Program-made: the position numbers and the translations under genes
NCBI GenBank assembly: GCA_052386675.1
Contig: JBQTJX010000019.1
Coordinates: forward strand, 81,498-145,497
Direction: 5' to 3'
Source: Betaproteobacteria bacterium
GTDB taxonomy: Bacteria; Pseudomonadota; Gammaproteobacteria; Burkholderiales; SG8-39
DNA: 64,000 nt
Notes under the pieces: model-generated
What the model saw: only the letters and a program-made list of their open reading frames with translations
The model's database searches: none
Told to the model about the DNA's origin: nothing
Part shown: in pieces, positions 36,767 to 45,609 of the stretch
How the letters are laid out: every line of letters begins with the position of its first letter
Numbering within the stretch: the first letter of the stretch is position 1

Positions 36767-36786
36767 ATGTAACCGAGCGGTTACAT
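36767..36786. repeat. 20-bp palindrome ATGTAACCGAGCGGTTACAT (copy 3 of 4, one central mismatch), right edge of the islet
   Basis: Read directly. Lies 21 nt downstream of the dinB stop. Confidence 0.95.
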
Positions 36787-36807
36787 CCTGGCTCCTCCCA
36801 GGCCTCC

Positions 36808-37857
36808 TCACCCGCGGTCCGGCACCAACCCGTGCACCCCCGCTCCCAGCAGCCGCACCGGCCGCTTCCCCGCATCCGTCCGCTCCAGCAACGCCACGGC
36901 GCGCGAGGCGATGTCGTCCGCGTCACGCCCGGGCATGGTCGAGGTATGGCTGCGCGTGACCAGCGAAAAATCGTCGTAGCGCACCTTGATGGTCACGGTG
37001 CGCGCCACCAGCCGCTTGCGCTCCAGCCACGCAGCGGTCTTGCGCGCGAGTCGCTCCATCTCGGCGCGGACCTCCCGCAGTTCCGTAAGGTCCTCCGGAT
37101 AGGTGGTTTCGTTGCTGCCGGACTTGGAAGGACGGTCGGGCGTGACGCGGCGCGGATCGTCGCCGCGGGAGAGCCGAAGCAGCCAGTCGGCCTGGTTGCC
37201 GACTGCGCCGCGCAACTGCGCCGGATCCGCGGTCCGGACCTGCACCAGTTTCTCGATGCCGATTCGCCGCAGCTTGCCCGCGGTGACCGGCCCCACGCCC
37301 CAGAGCGCCTCCACCGGCAGTTTCTGCAGGAAGGACTCGACCCGCTCGGGCGCGATCACGGTCAGGCCGTCGGGCTTCTTCCAGCCGGAGGCAATCTTGG
37401 CGAGGAACTTGTTGGGCGCGACGCCGGCGGAGGCGGTGAGCCGGAGCTGGTCGCGGATCTGCTGCTTGAGCCGGCGGGCGACTTCCATGGCGAGGGGCTC
37501 GCCCCAGCTGTTTTCGGTGACATCCAGGTAGGCCTCGTCCAGGGACAGCGGCTCCACCAGGGGCGTGCAGGCGCGGAACAGGGCCAGCACCTGCTGCGAG
37601 ACGGCGCGGTAGCGGGTGAAGTCCGGCCGGACCATGGCCAGCTCCGGGCACAGCCGCAGCGCACGGGCCATGGGCATGGCGGATCGCACGCCGAAGGCGC
37701 GCGCCTCGTAGCTGCAGGCGGCGACCACGCCGCGGGACTCGGGCGAGCCGCCCACCGCGAGCGGCCGCCCGCGCAGCGAAGGATCGTCGCGCTGCTCCAC
37801 GGAGGCGTAGAACGCGTCCATGTCGATGTGGAGGATCCGGCGCAAGGTGTCGGCCAC
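36808..37857 (-). CDS. dinB: DNA polymerase IV
   Basis: 349 aa with ILHIDMDAFYASVE, SLDEAYLDV and little-finger domain pattern. GTG start. Confidence 0.9.
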   Translation of the reverse strand: MADTLRRILHIDMDAFYASVEQRDDPSLRGRPLAVGGSPESRGVVAACSYEARAFGVRSAMPMARALRLCPELAMVRPDFTRYRAVSQQVLALFRACTPLVEPLSLDEAYLDVTENSWGEPLAMEVARRLKQQIRDQLRLTASAGVAPNKFLAKIASGWKKPDGLTVIAPERVESFLQKLPVEALWGVGPVTAGKLRRIGIEKLVQVRTADPAQLRGAVGNQADWLLRLSRGDDPRRVTPDRPSKSGSNETTYPEDLTELREVRAEMERLARKTAAWLERKRLVARTVTIKVRYDDFSLVTRSHTSTMPGRDADDIASRAVALLERTDAGKRPVRLLGAGVHGLVPDRG

Positions 37858-37894
37858 TGCGGTGCGCAGTTTAGATTAGGATTCGCCTCGAATC

Positions 37895-39715
37895 ATGGAA
37901 CACGGCAGTTCATTCCTCGTCCAGGGGATCGTCTTCCTCGGCGCCGCGGTGCTCGCGGTGGCGGTCGCGCATCGTCTCGGGCTGGGCGCGGTCGCCGGCT
38001 ACCTGCTGGCGGGCATCGCCATCGGCCCGTTCGGCCTGAAGCTGGTCGGCAACGTAGACAACGTGCGCCATTTCGCCGAGCTGGGCGTGGTGTTCCTGCT
38101 GTTCGTGATCGGCCTGGAGCTGGAGCCCAAGCGCCTGTGGCAGATGCGGGTCCGGCTGCTGTCGCTGGGCGCCTCGCAGGTGTTCGGCTCGATCGCGCTG
38201 ATCGCGCTCGTTGCGTGGGCCGCTGGGGTGGACTGGCGCGTCGGCGTGGTGGCGGGGATGGCGCTCGCGCTGTCCTCCACCGCGCTCGCGCTCACACCGC
38301 TCAGCGAGCGCGGCGCGATGAAGACCCAGGGCGGGCAGTCGGTGTTCGCGATCCTGCTGTTCCAGGACATCGCCGTGATCCCGATGCTGACCATCCTTGC
38401 CCTCATGGGCACCACCGGCTCAGCAACCACGCTGTCCTGGACGGGTGGGCTGTTCGCCGCGGGCGTGATCGCCGCCACCCTGGTCGGCGGCCACTACCTG
38501 ATGCGGCCGGTGTTCCGCTACGTGGCGCGGATGCGCCAGCGCGAGATCTTCACCGCGCTCGCCCTGCTGCTCGTGATCGGTATCGCCGGGGCCTACGAGA
38601 AGGCCGGCCTGTCCATGGCGCTGGGGAGTTTCCTCGCCGGCGTGCTGCTCGCGGAATCCGAGTACCGCCACGAAATCGAGGCGGCAGTGGAGCCGTTCAA
38701 GGGCCTGCTGCTCGGCCTGTTCTTCGTCGCCGTGGGCATGAGCGTGGATTTCGGGCTGCTGTTGGGCGAGCCGCTGCTGATCCTGGGCATCATCCTCGGC
38801 CTGTTCGCGGTCAAAAGCGCGGTGCTCTGGATCATCGCGCGCGCGGCGAAGCTGCCCCCGGGCGAGACGCCGCTGTTCATCCTGCTGCTTGCGCAGGGCG
38901 GCGAGTTCGCCTTCGTGCTGCTCACGCTCGGCGTGCAGCAGCAGGTGCTGCCGCTGGGGACCGCGCAGGCGGTGACGCTGGCGGTGGCCCTGTCCATGCT
39001 GAGCACGCCGTTCCTGCTCATCCTGCACGACAAGGTCCTCGTGCCGCGCCTGAAAGTCGACGCGCCGGCACGTGCGGAGGACACCCCGGAGGAGGGCAAG
39101 GTGATCGTCGCCGGCCTTGGCCGCGTTGGCCAGGTGGTGGCACGGCTTCTGCACGGGGCGGGCCACGACCCGACCATCCTTGACGACGACCCGGACCACG
39201 TCGAGCAGTCGCGCCGCTTCGGTTTTCGCGTGTTCTACGGCGACGCCATGCGCGTGGACCTGCTGGAGGCGGCTGGCGCGGCGAGTGCACAGTTCCTCAT
39301 CATCACGCTGGACGACCCGGATGCGACCTCGCGCCTGGCGCGGACCGCTGTCAAGCATTTCCCGAACCTGCGCGTCATTGCGCGCGCGCGCGACATGCGG
39401 CACCTGTTCGAACTGCGGGACATCGGCGTCGAGATCATCGAGCGCGAGACCTTCCAGTCCGCGCTGGCGCTTGGCCGCGCCGCGCTTGCCGCGGTGGGCG
39501 GCAATGCCGAGCGCGCGGCGCGCGCCGCACAGCGCTTCGCCGAGCACGACAACGTGGTGCTGGCGAAGCTCTATGCGGTGCACAAGGACGAAGCCGGTGA
39601 GAACGTGTCGGTGTCCAACGAGCTGCGCGAGCAGTTCGCGCAGACGCTCAGGGAGGACGAGGCGGCCATCGAGGCGGAGGCGAGGTCCGGGCCCGCCGGA
39701 AAGCCGGTAGCGTGA
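37895..39715 (+). CDS. glutathione-regulated K+ efflux / CPA2 cation:proton antiporter (KefB/KefC-like) with TrkA-N domain
   Basis: 606 aa with a Na_H_Exchanger membrane domain, then a Rossmann motif VIVAGLGRVGQVV. Confidence 0.85.
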   Translation: MEHGSSFLVQGIVFLGAAVLAVAVAHRLGLGAVAGYLLAGIAIGPFGLKLVGNVDNVRHFAELGVVFLLFVIGLELEPKRLWQMRVRLLSLGASQVFGSIALIALVAWAAGVDWRVGVVAGMALALSSTALALTPLSERGAMKTQGGQSVFAILLFQDIAVIPMLTILALMGTTGSATTLSWTGGLFAAGVIAATLVGGHYLMRPVFRYVARMRQREIFTALALLLVIGIAGAYEKAGLSMALGSFLAGVLLAESEYRHEIEAAVEPFKGLLLGLFFVAVGMSVDFGLLLGEPLLILGIILGLFAVKSAVLWIIARAAKLPPGETPLFILLLAQGGEFAFVLLTLGVQQQVLPLGTAQAVTLAVALSMLSTPFLLILHDKVLVPRLKVDAPARAEDTPEEGKVIVAGLGRVGQVVARLLHGAGHDPTILDDDPDHVEQSRRFGFRVFYGDAMRVDLLEAAGAASAQFLIITLDDPDATSRLARTAVKHFPNLRVIARARDMRHLFELRDIGVEIIERETFQSALALGRAALAAVGGNAERAARAAQRFAEHDNVVLAKLYAVHKDEAGENVSVSNELREQFAQTLREDEAAIEAEARSGPAGKPVA

Positions 39716-40839
39716 AGATCGTGATCGCCGGCGCCGGGCCTGCCGGTTTGCTATTCGCGCTGCTCGCCAGGCGCCGCCACCCGGATTGGGCGGTGGAGGT
39801 CTTCGAGCAGAATCCTCCGGACGCTACCTTCGGTTTCGGCGTGGTGTTCTCCGAGGGCGCGCTCGCGTTTCTCGAGCGCGACGCCGCGGACCTGCACCGG
39901 CTGCTTACCGCGCGCATGGAAGCCTGGCCGATGCAGCGCATCGTGCATCGCGGCGAGGCGGTGGACATAGACGGCAACGGCTTCTCCGCGATCGGACGGC
40001 TGGCGCTGCTGCAGTTTCTCCAGCCGCTGTGCCGCGAGGCGGGCGTGGTCATGCATTACCGCCAGGCGATCGCCTCCGCCGCGGACCTGGGCGATGCGGA
40101 CCTCGTGGTGGCGGCCGACGGCGTGAACTCCACGCTGCGGACGGGACACGAAGCGGCGTTCGGCACGCGCATCGAGTGGCTCGGCAACCGCTTCGCCTGG
40201 TACGGCGTCGAGCACCCGTTCGAATGCCTGACGCTTACCTTCCGCGACCATCCGGACGGGGCCTTCGTCGCGCATCATTACCGCTATGCGCCCGCGATGA
40301 GCACCTTCCTGGTCGAATGCGACGAGGCCACCTGGCGCAAGGCCGGGCTGGACGCGATGCCGGAGGCGGACTCCCGCGCCTACTGCGAGCGGGTGTTCGC
40401 CGCGGACCTGGGCGGCAAGCGGCTCCTATCGAACAAATCCGTCTGGCGCCGGTTCCCCCTGCTGTCGAATGTGCGCTGGAGCGCCGGCAACGTCGTCCTG
40501 CTGGGCGACGCCCTGCGCACCATGCATTTCTCCATCGGCTCGGGCACCCGGGCCGCGTTCGAGGACGCCATCGCGCTCGATCGCGCCTTCGACGAGGCGG
40601 GCAAGGATGTACCCGCCGCCCTGGCCGCATTCGAGCGCATCCGCCGGCCGGTGGTGGACAAGCTCCACGCCGCGGCCAACCGTAGCTCGTACTGGTACGA
40701 GAAGTTCCCGGAGAAGATGGCGCGCTTCGGTGCCGTCGGCCTTGCCTACGACTACATGGCGCGCAGCGGGCGATTGTCGGACGATCGCCTGGCGCAGATG
40801 GCGCCGAAGTTCATGGCGAAGGTGGCGGCGGCGAAATGA
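39712..40839 (+). CDS. FAD-dependent monooxygenase-like oxidoreductase
   Basis: 375 aa with N-terminal KIVIAGAGPAGL and a later GDALRTMHFSIGSG block. The GTG overlaps the kef stop (GTGA). Confidence 0.75.
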   Translation: MKIVIAGAGPAGLLFALLARRRHPDWAVEVFEQNPPDATFGFGVVFSEGALAFLERDAADLHRLLTARMEAWPMQRIVHRGEAVDIDGNGFSAIGRLALLQFLQPLCREAGVVMHYRQAIASAADLGDADLVVAADGVNSTLRTGHEAAFGTRIEWLGNRFAWYGVEHPFECLTLTFRDHPDGAFVAHHYRYAPAMSTFLVECDEATWRKAGLDAMPEADSRAYCERVFAADLGGKRLLSNKSVWRRFPLLSNVRWSAGNVVLLGDALRTMHFSIGSGTRAAFEDAIALDRAFDEAGKDVPAALAAFERIRRPVVDKLHAAANRSSYWYEKFPEKMARFGAVGLAYDYMARSGRLSDDRLAQMAPKFMAKVAAAK

Positions 40840-41579
40840 TCGAGCACGTCAGGCGCTGGGTGGGGGAGGCGAAGCGGGTCGTCGTTCTGACCGGCGCCGG
40901 CATCTCCACGGATTCCGGCATCCCGGACTTTCGTGGTCCGCAGGGACTCTGGACCAGGAACCCGAAGGCCGAGAAGCTCTCCGACATCCGCTACTACATG
41001 TCCGATCCCGAGGTGCGGCGGCTGGCCTGGCAGTCGCGCCTGGAGCATTCGACCTGGCAGGCCAGGCCGAACGCGGGGCACCTGGCGCTGGTGGAACTGG
41101 AGCGCCGCGGCAAGCTTCACGCGCTCATCACGCAGAACATAGACGAGTTGCACCAGCAGGCGGGCAATTCACCCGCGAAGGTCATCGAGGTGCACGGCAC
41201 GGTGCGCAAGGCGGTGTGCATGGGCTGCGGCTGGCGCGGGCCGATGCTGGAGACGCTGGAGCGGGTGCGCGCGGGGGAGGCGGATCCGCCGTGCCTCGCC
41301 TGTGGCGGCATCCTCAAGAGCGCCACCATTTCCTTCGGCCAGGCGCTGGTGCCCGAGGTGATCGATCGGGCCATGGCAGTGGCGGCGCAGGCGGACCTGC
41401 TGCTCGCGGTCGGCTCGACGCTGCAGGTCTACCCGGTGGCGGGCGCGGTGCCGGCGGCGAAGGCGGCCGGGGCGAAGGTGGCCATCGTCAACGCGCAGCC
41501 CACGGCGATGGACGACATCGCGGATGCGGTGCTGCCAGGGTCGATCAGCGAGATCCTGCCCAGGATTTGCGGGACGTGA
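40836..41579 (+). CDS. cobB: NAD-dependent protein deacylase (Sir2/CobB family)
   Basis: 247 aa with GAGISTDSGIPDFRG, QNIDELH and the Zn ribbon CMGCG...CLACGG. ATGA overlap with the upstream gene. Confidence 0.85.
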   Translation: MIEHVRRWVGEAKRVVVLTGAGISTDSGIPDFRGPQGLWTRNPKAEKLSDIRYYMSDPEVRRLAWQSRLEHSTWQARPNAGHLALVELERRGKLHALITQNIDELHQQAGNSPAKVIEVHGTVRKAVCMGCGWRGPMLETLERVRAGEADPPCLACGGILKSATISFGQALVPEVIDRAMAVAAQADLLLAVGSTLQVYPVAGAVPAAKAAGAKVAIVNAQPTAMDDIADAVLPGSISEILPRICGT

Positions 41580-41664
41580 TGGACGTGACGGACGTAACGG
41601 CGAACTCGCCAACGACCCGATTGTGCCGCACAATCGCGTGGACAAAGCCAAAGGGGAGACCGTC

Positions 41665-42630
41665 ATGAACGTTCTGAAGAGATTCCTGATTCTCGCGCTC
41701 GCGCTCGCGCCGGCCGCTGCGCTGGCCCAGGTGTTTCCGACCAAGCCGCTGAAGCTCATCATCACCTTCCCCGCCGGCGGCCCTGCGGACCTGTTCGGGC
41801 GGTTGCTTGCGCAGCACATGGGCGACCGGCTCGGCCAGCCGGTCGTGGTGGAGAACGTGAGCGGCGTGGGCGGCGTGCTCGGCGTGGACCGTGCAGCCAA
41901 GTCCGCGCCCGATGGCTACACGCTGGTCCTGAACAGTGGTTCGACGGTGGCGATCGCGCCGTTCTCGATGGCGAAGATGCCCTACGACGTGAAGAAGGAC
42001 CTCGCCTTCATCACCACGGTGGTGCTGGTGCCCGAGGTGCTGGCGGTGCATCCGACGCTGCCGGTCAACAACCTCAAGGAACTGGTCGACTACGCGAAGG
42101 CGAATCCCGGCAAGATCAACTTCGCCTCCGCCGGCGGCGGCACGGTGACGCACCTCGCAGGCGAGCTGCTCAAGGTCGAGGCGCAGGTGAACATGGTGCA
42201 CGTGCCCTACAAGGGCGCCGCGCCGGCGGTCACCGACATGCTGAGCGGCCAGGTGCAGATGGGCGTGTTCGACGTGCCGGTGCTCATTTCGCACATCCGC
42301 GCCGGCAAGCTGAAGCCGCTGGCGCTCACCAGCGCCAAGCGCACGCCGCTGCTGCCGAACGTCCCCACGACCGCGGAGGCAGGCTACGGCAAGGTGATCT
42401 CGGACAACTGGTACGGGCTGGTGGGTCCGGCGGGCATTCCGCCCGGGGTCCTGAAGCGGTTGCACGATGCCGCGATCGCCGCGCTGCGCCAGCCGGCGCT
42501 GGTGGAGGCCTATGGCAAGGTGGCGGGCATCCCGCTGCCCTCGTCGCCGGAGGAATACCAAGTCTTCGTCGCGGCAGAACAGGCCAAGTGGAGCAAGGTG
42601 GTCGCCGCCATCGGCTTCAAGCAGCAGTAG
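41665..42630 (+). CDS. Bug-family (TctC-like) tripartite tricarboxylate transporter substrate-binding protein
   Basis: Signal peptide followed by FPTKPLKLIITFPAGGPADL, the Bug signature. SD AAGGGGAG lies upstream. Confidence 0.85.
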   Translation: MNVLKRFLILALALAPAAALAQVFPTKPLKLIITFPAGGPADLFGRLLAQHMGDRLGQPVVVENVSGVGGVLGVDRAAKSAPDGYTLVLNSGSTVAIAPFSMAKMPYDVKKDLAFITTVVLVPEVLAVHPTLPVNNLKELVDYAKANPGKINFASAGGGTVTHLAGELLKVEAQVNMVHVPYKGAAPAVTDMLSGQVQMGVFDVPVLISHIRAGKLKPLALTSAKRTPLLPNVPTTAEAGYGKVISDNWYGLVGPAGIPPGVLKRLHDAAIAALRQPALVEAYGKVAGIPLPSSPEEYQVFVAAEQAKWSKVVAAIGFKQQ

Positions 42631-42637
42631 TTTCTTG

Positions 42638-43495
42638 ATGACGCTTCGCGAGCGCGTCCGTCGCGCTCGCCTGTACTGGCGCTCGCGCGCGCTGTTCCGC
42701 GAGTGCCTGGAGGACCCGGGCCTGGCCTGGCGCCTGCCGTTCGCCGGCGACGCCGTCGTGGACGTCCGCTTCACCACCGGCCGGCGCTTTGCCATGCCGG
42801 CGCGGCACTGGCCGCTGCTGCCCACGGCCTGCCGGCTGGACCGCATCGGCGCCCGCTTCGAGTTCCTCGATACGGGCAAGCGCATCGAGCTGGATGGCCT
42901 GGTGTTCCACACCCCGCTGTGGACGCGCAATGAAGCCGATTACTTGCGCGAAGTCCTGGTCGAGGACATCTACGGCGCGAAATCGCGCGACTTCCGCGGC
43001 AAGGTTGTGGTGGATGTCGGCGCCTACGTGGGGGATGCCAGCCTCGCCTTCGCGCGCCAGGGCGCGACGGTGCACGCGGTCGAGCCCTCGGCGGCCTTCA
43101 GCGCGCTGATCCGCAGGAATGCGGAAGAAAACGGGCTGGCCGGGAACGTGGTGGTGCATGCGGTTGGGCTTGCCGAGCGCGCCGGGGATGAGGCGTTCGG
43201 CGCCGACCGGCTGCATTTCGTCGAAGGCGTGGACTACGCCCTGCGCCATTTTCCCGCGGGCATCGAGCTGCTCAAACTCGACTGCGAGGGTGCGGAGTAC
43301 CACCTGCTTGGAGACGACCGGTTCCTCGCGCACCTCGCACCGCGCGAGATCCGCATGGAGTACCACCGCGGGCCGGAAGCGCTGCTGCCGAAACTGGCGG
43401 CGGCAGGCTACGACGTGGAAATGCGACCGGCGCAGGGGCCGGTCGGGCTGCTCAAGGCGATCAACCGTAGGGCGTCCGGTCCTTCCGGTCCCTGA
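42638..43495 (+). CDS. FkbM family methyltransferase
   Basis: 285 aa with VVDVGAYVGDASLAF and LLKLDCEGAEYHLL blocks. Confidence 0.75.
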   Translation: MTLRERVRRARLYWRSRALFRECLEDPGLAWRLPFAGDAVVDVRFTTGRRFAMPARHWPLLPTACRLDRIGARFEFLDTGKRIELDGLVFHTPLWTRNEADYLREVLVEDIYGAKSRDFRGKVVVDVGAYVGDASLAFARQGATVHAVEPSAAFSALIRRNAEENGLAGNVVVHAVGLAERAGDEAFGADRLHFVEGVDYALRHFPAGIELLKLDCEGAEYHLLGDDRFLAHLAPREIRMEYHRGPEALLPKLAAAGYDVEMRPAQGPVGLLKAINRRASGPSGP

Positions 43496-44567
43496 ACGGA
43501 TATGCGAGCTGACCAAGGTAATCCTCGGGCGGCTGGAACTTCACCGTGCCGTAGTTCCTCGGCCAATGCGCCGGCTGGTGCGCGGTGCCGAAGGAGAGGT
43601 CCCACAGCGGCAGGAAACCGGCGAAGTTCTTGTCCAGGCCTTCCTCGTCGGAGGTGTGGTGCCAGTGGTGGTACTCGGGGGTGGCAATCAGCCAGCGCAG
43701 GTAGGGGAATCGCCAACGCACATTGGCGTGGATGAAGACCGCATGGAACGACACGAATGCGACGTAGGCCACCAGCGCCGCCTGCGAGAAGCCGAGGATG
43801 AAGACCGGCAGGAATCCGGCCGCGCGGGTGACGAGCACGTCCACCGGGTGCATGCGCGAGCCGGCGAGCCAGTCCATCTCGCGGCTGGAATGGTGGATGG
43901 CGTGGAAGCTCCAGAGCCAGGGCACCTGGTGGAAGGCGCGGTGCACCCAGTAGACCACGAGGTCCACCGCCAGCAGGATCTGGATGAACTGCAGCCAGAC
44001 CGGCTGCGCGGCGACGGCCTTCTGGAATTCGAAGCTCACCGCCCAGGCGAACAGCGCCTGCGCCGGGATCATGGCCGCGAACGACAGCAGTTGCACGCCA
44101 GCGTGGCTGACGAAGAAGTGCTTGAGGTCCGTCTGCCAGCCGCGGCGGAAAATGCGCTGCCGGCGCAGCGCGAACATTCGCTCAAGCGGAATGAACAGCA
44201 GGCCCAGCACCAGCAGCTCAAGCACGAAATAGTCAAGGCCGGCGCCGACCGTCGCGGGGCCTGTTTCCACTGAATCGGTGAAGCGCATCGCGAGGGCGAC
44301 GCAGGCGAGCGCCATGCCAAGCAGCCCGTGCAACCTGGAGCGCAGCAGGAACAGGCTCGCGGCGCCGAGCAGCAGGGTGGCGGCGATGCTGGCCCAGAGG
44401 ATGCCGCGGAACAAGTCGAGGTTGGCCTTGTAGAAAGGCAGCGCGTCGCGCGTGACCAGCAGGTCCGGGAACAGGAAGCAGAACTCGGCCAGGACACACA
44501 GCACGCCCAGAAGCCCGGAGGCGACGGCCGCGCGCTTGCCGAGGCGGATCGCCCGCGACCGCGTCAG
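43461..44567 (-). CDS. fatty acid hydroxylase / sterol desaturase family membrane protein (start uncertain)
   Basis: Histidine boxes HRAFH, HAIHH and HHWHH, with N-terminal TM helices upstream of the first ATG (44315). Candidate starts are CTG 44567 and GTG 44504. Confidence 0.65.
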   Translation of the reverse strand: MTRSRAIRLGKRAAVASGLLGVLCVLAEFCFLFPDLLVTRDALPFYKANLDLFRGILWASIAATLLLGAASLFLLRSRLHGLLGMALACVALAMRFTDSVETGPATVGAGLDYFVLELLVLGLLFIPLERMFALRRQRIFRRGWQTDLKHFFVSHAGVQLLSFAAMIPAQALFAWAVSFEFQKAVAAQPVWLQFIQILLAVDLVVYWVHRAFHQVPWLWSFHAIHHSSREMDWLAGSRMHPVDVLVTRAAGFLPVFILGFSQAALVAYVAFVSFHAVFIHANVRWRFPYLRWLIATPEYHHWHHTSDEEGLDKNFAGFLPLWDLSFGTAHQPAHWPRNYGTVKFQPPEDYLGQLAYPFRDRKDRTPYG

Positions 44568-45562
44568 GCCCGGATCTCCCAGTCTTCCCGGTACAGGCCG
44601 AGCGCGCGCATCGCGGGGAAGTCGTTGAAGGAGAACAGCACCGCCTCCTCGTGCGCGCCGTGGCGGCAGGTAGTCCACGACGGCACGCAGAAGATGTCCT
44701 TCTCTTCCCACTCGAATCGCTGGTCGCCCACTTCGGACCACCCGCTGCCGGAGGCGACCTGGTAGATGACGCTGCCGGTGTGGCGGACAGGCTCGCCGCT
44801 TGAGCCCTTCTTCAGCAGCTGCAGCCGCGCGCCCATGGTCGGCATGACCGGCCCGTTCGTGAGCGGGTTGCGATACTCATGGAGGGCGCCGTCCTGCTTC
44901 AGCGCGGCATAGCTTTCGTCCCACTTGTAGAGGAATACGGGCGAGTAGGGCCTGGACCAGTTTTCCCGCGAAAGCCCGGTGGCGGTCTGAACGGTTTGTG
45001 GATGGACTTGATAAAAATTCGCGTCCAGCGAATTCATGAGCGGGATGTCGAGGCCGTCCTGCCAGGTGCACTGCGTGCCGCCTGCCTCGACGCCATGGTC
45101 GTGCCAGGTGCCGTTGGGCGTGAGCACGAAGTCGCGCGCACCGAGGGAGAGGCGCTCGCCGTCGACCACGGTGTAGGCGCCGCGGCCTTCCATCACGAAG
45201 CGCAGGGCCGAGGCCTGGTGGCGGTGCGCCGAGGTGAACTCGCCCGGGTTCATCACCTGCACGCCGGTGTAGAGCAGGCCGGCCGCGGCGCTCCATTCCT
45301 TGCGGCCCGGGTTGACCAGCATGACGACGCGCCGGGCCGCCTTCTCGGCCGAGACCAGCGTCGCTGCCTGCCGGACCGCCGGCTCGACATCGCGCCATTT
45401 CCAGTGCATGGGCACGGACTTGGGCTGGGGAAACCACGGCTCGATGTCATTGGCGACATTCCACAGCGCGCCCAGGTTCCGGCCCTCAAGCGCCCGGTAG
45501 TAGGCCTCGAGTTCAGGGGTGTCCTCGACATTCGCCCGGCCGATGACATTCTCGCGTTTCAT
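44564..45562 (-). CDS. gentisate 1,2-dioxygenase-like bicupin
   Basis: 332 aa with cupin block GEFTSAHRHQASALRFVMEGRGAYTVVDGE and WHDHG. Confidence 0.75.
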   Translation of the reverse strand: MKRENVIGRANVEDTPELEAYYRALEGRNLGALWNVANDIEPWFPQPKSVPMHWKWRDVEPAVRQAATLVSAEKAARRVVMLVNPGRKEWSAAAGLLYTGVQVMNPGEFTSAHRHQASALRFVMEGRGAYTVVDGERLSLGARDFVLTPNGTWHDHGVEAGGTQCTWQDGLDIPLMNSLDANFYQVHPQTVQTATGLSRENWSRPYSPVFLYKWDESYAALKQDGALHEYRNPLTNGPVMPTMGARLQLLKKGSSGEPVRHTGSVIYQVASGSGWSEVGDQRFEWEEKDIFCVPSWTTCRHGAHEEAVLFSFNDFPAMRALGLYREDWEIRA

Positions 45563-45609
45563 GGCACCCTAGTCTATACTAGTGGCCTGATTTCAAAGGA
45601 GGAAACATT

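Noticed and set aside
37856-37870. Inverted repeat ACTGCGGTGCGCAGT at the dinB start, considered as a LexA/SOS box.
   Set aside because: The spacing is CTG-N7-CAG rather than the CTG-N10-CAG (CTGT-N8-ACAG) of proteobacterial LexA boxes, and it overlaps the start codon. This is probably coincidental.
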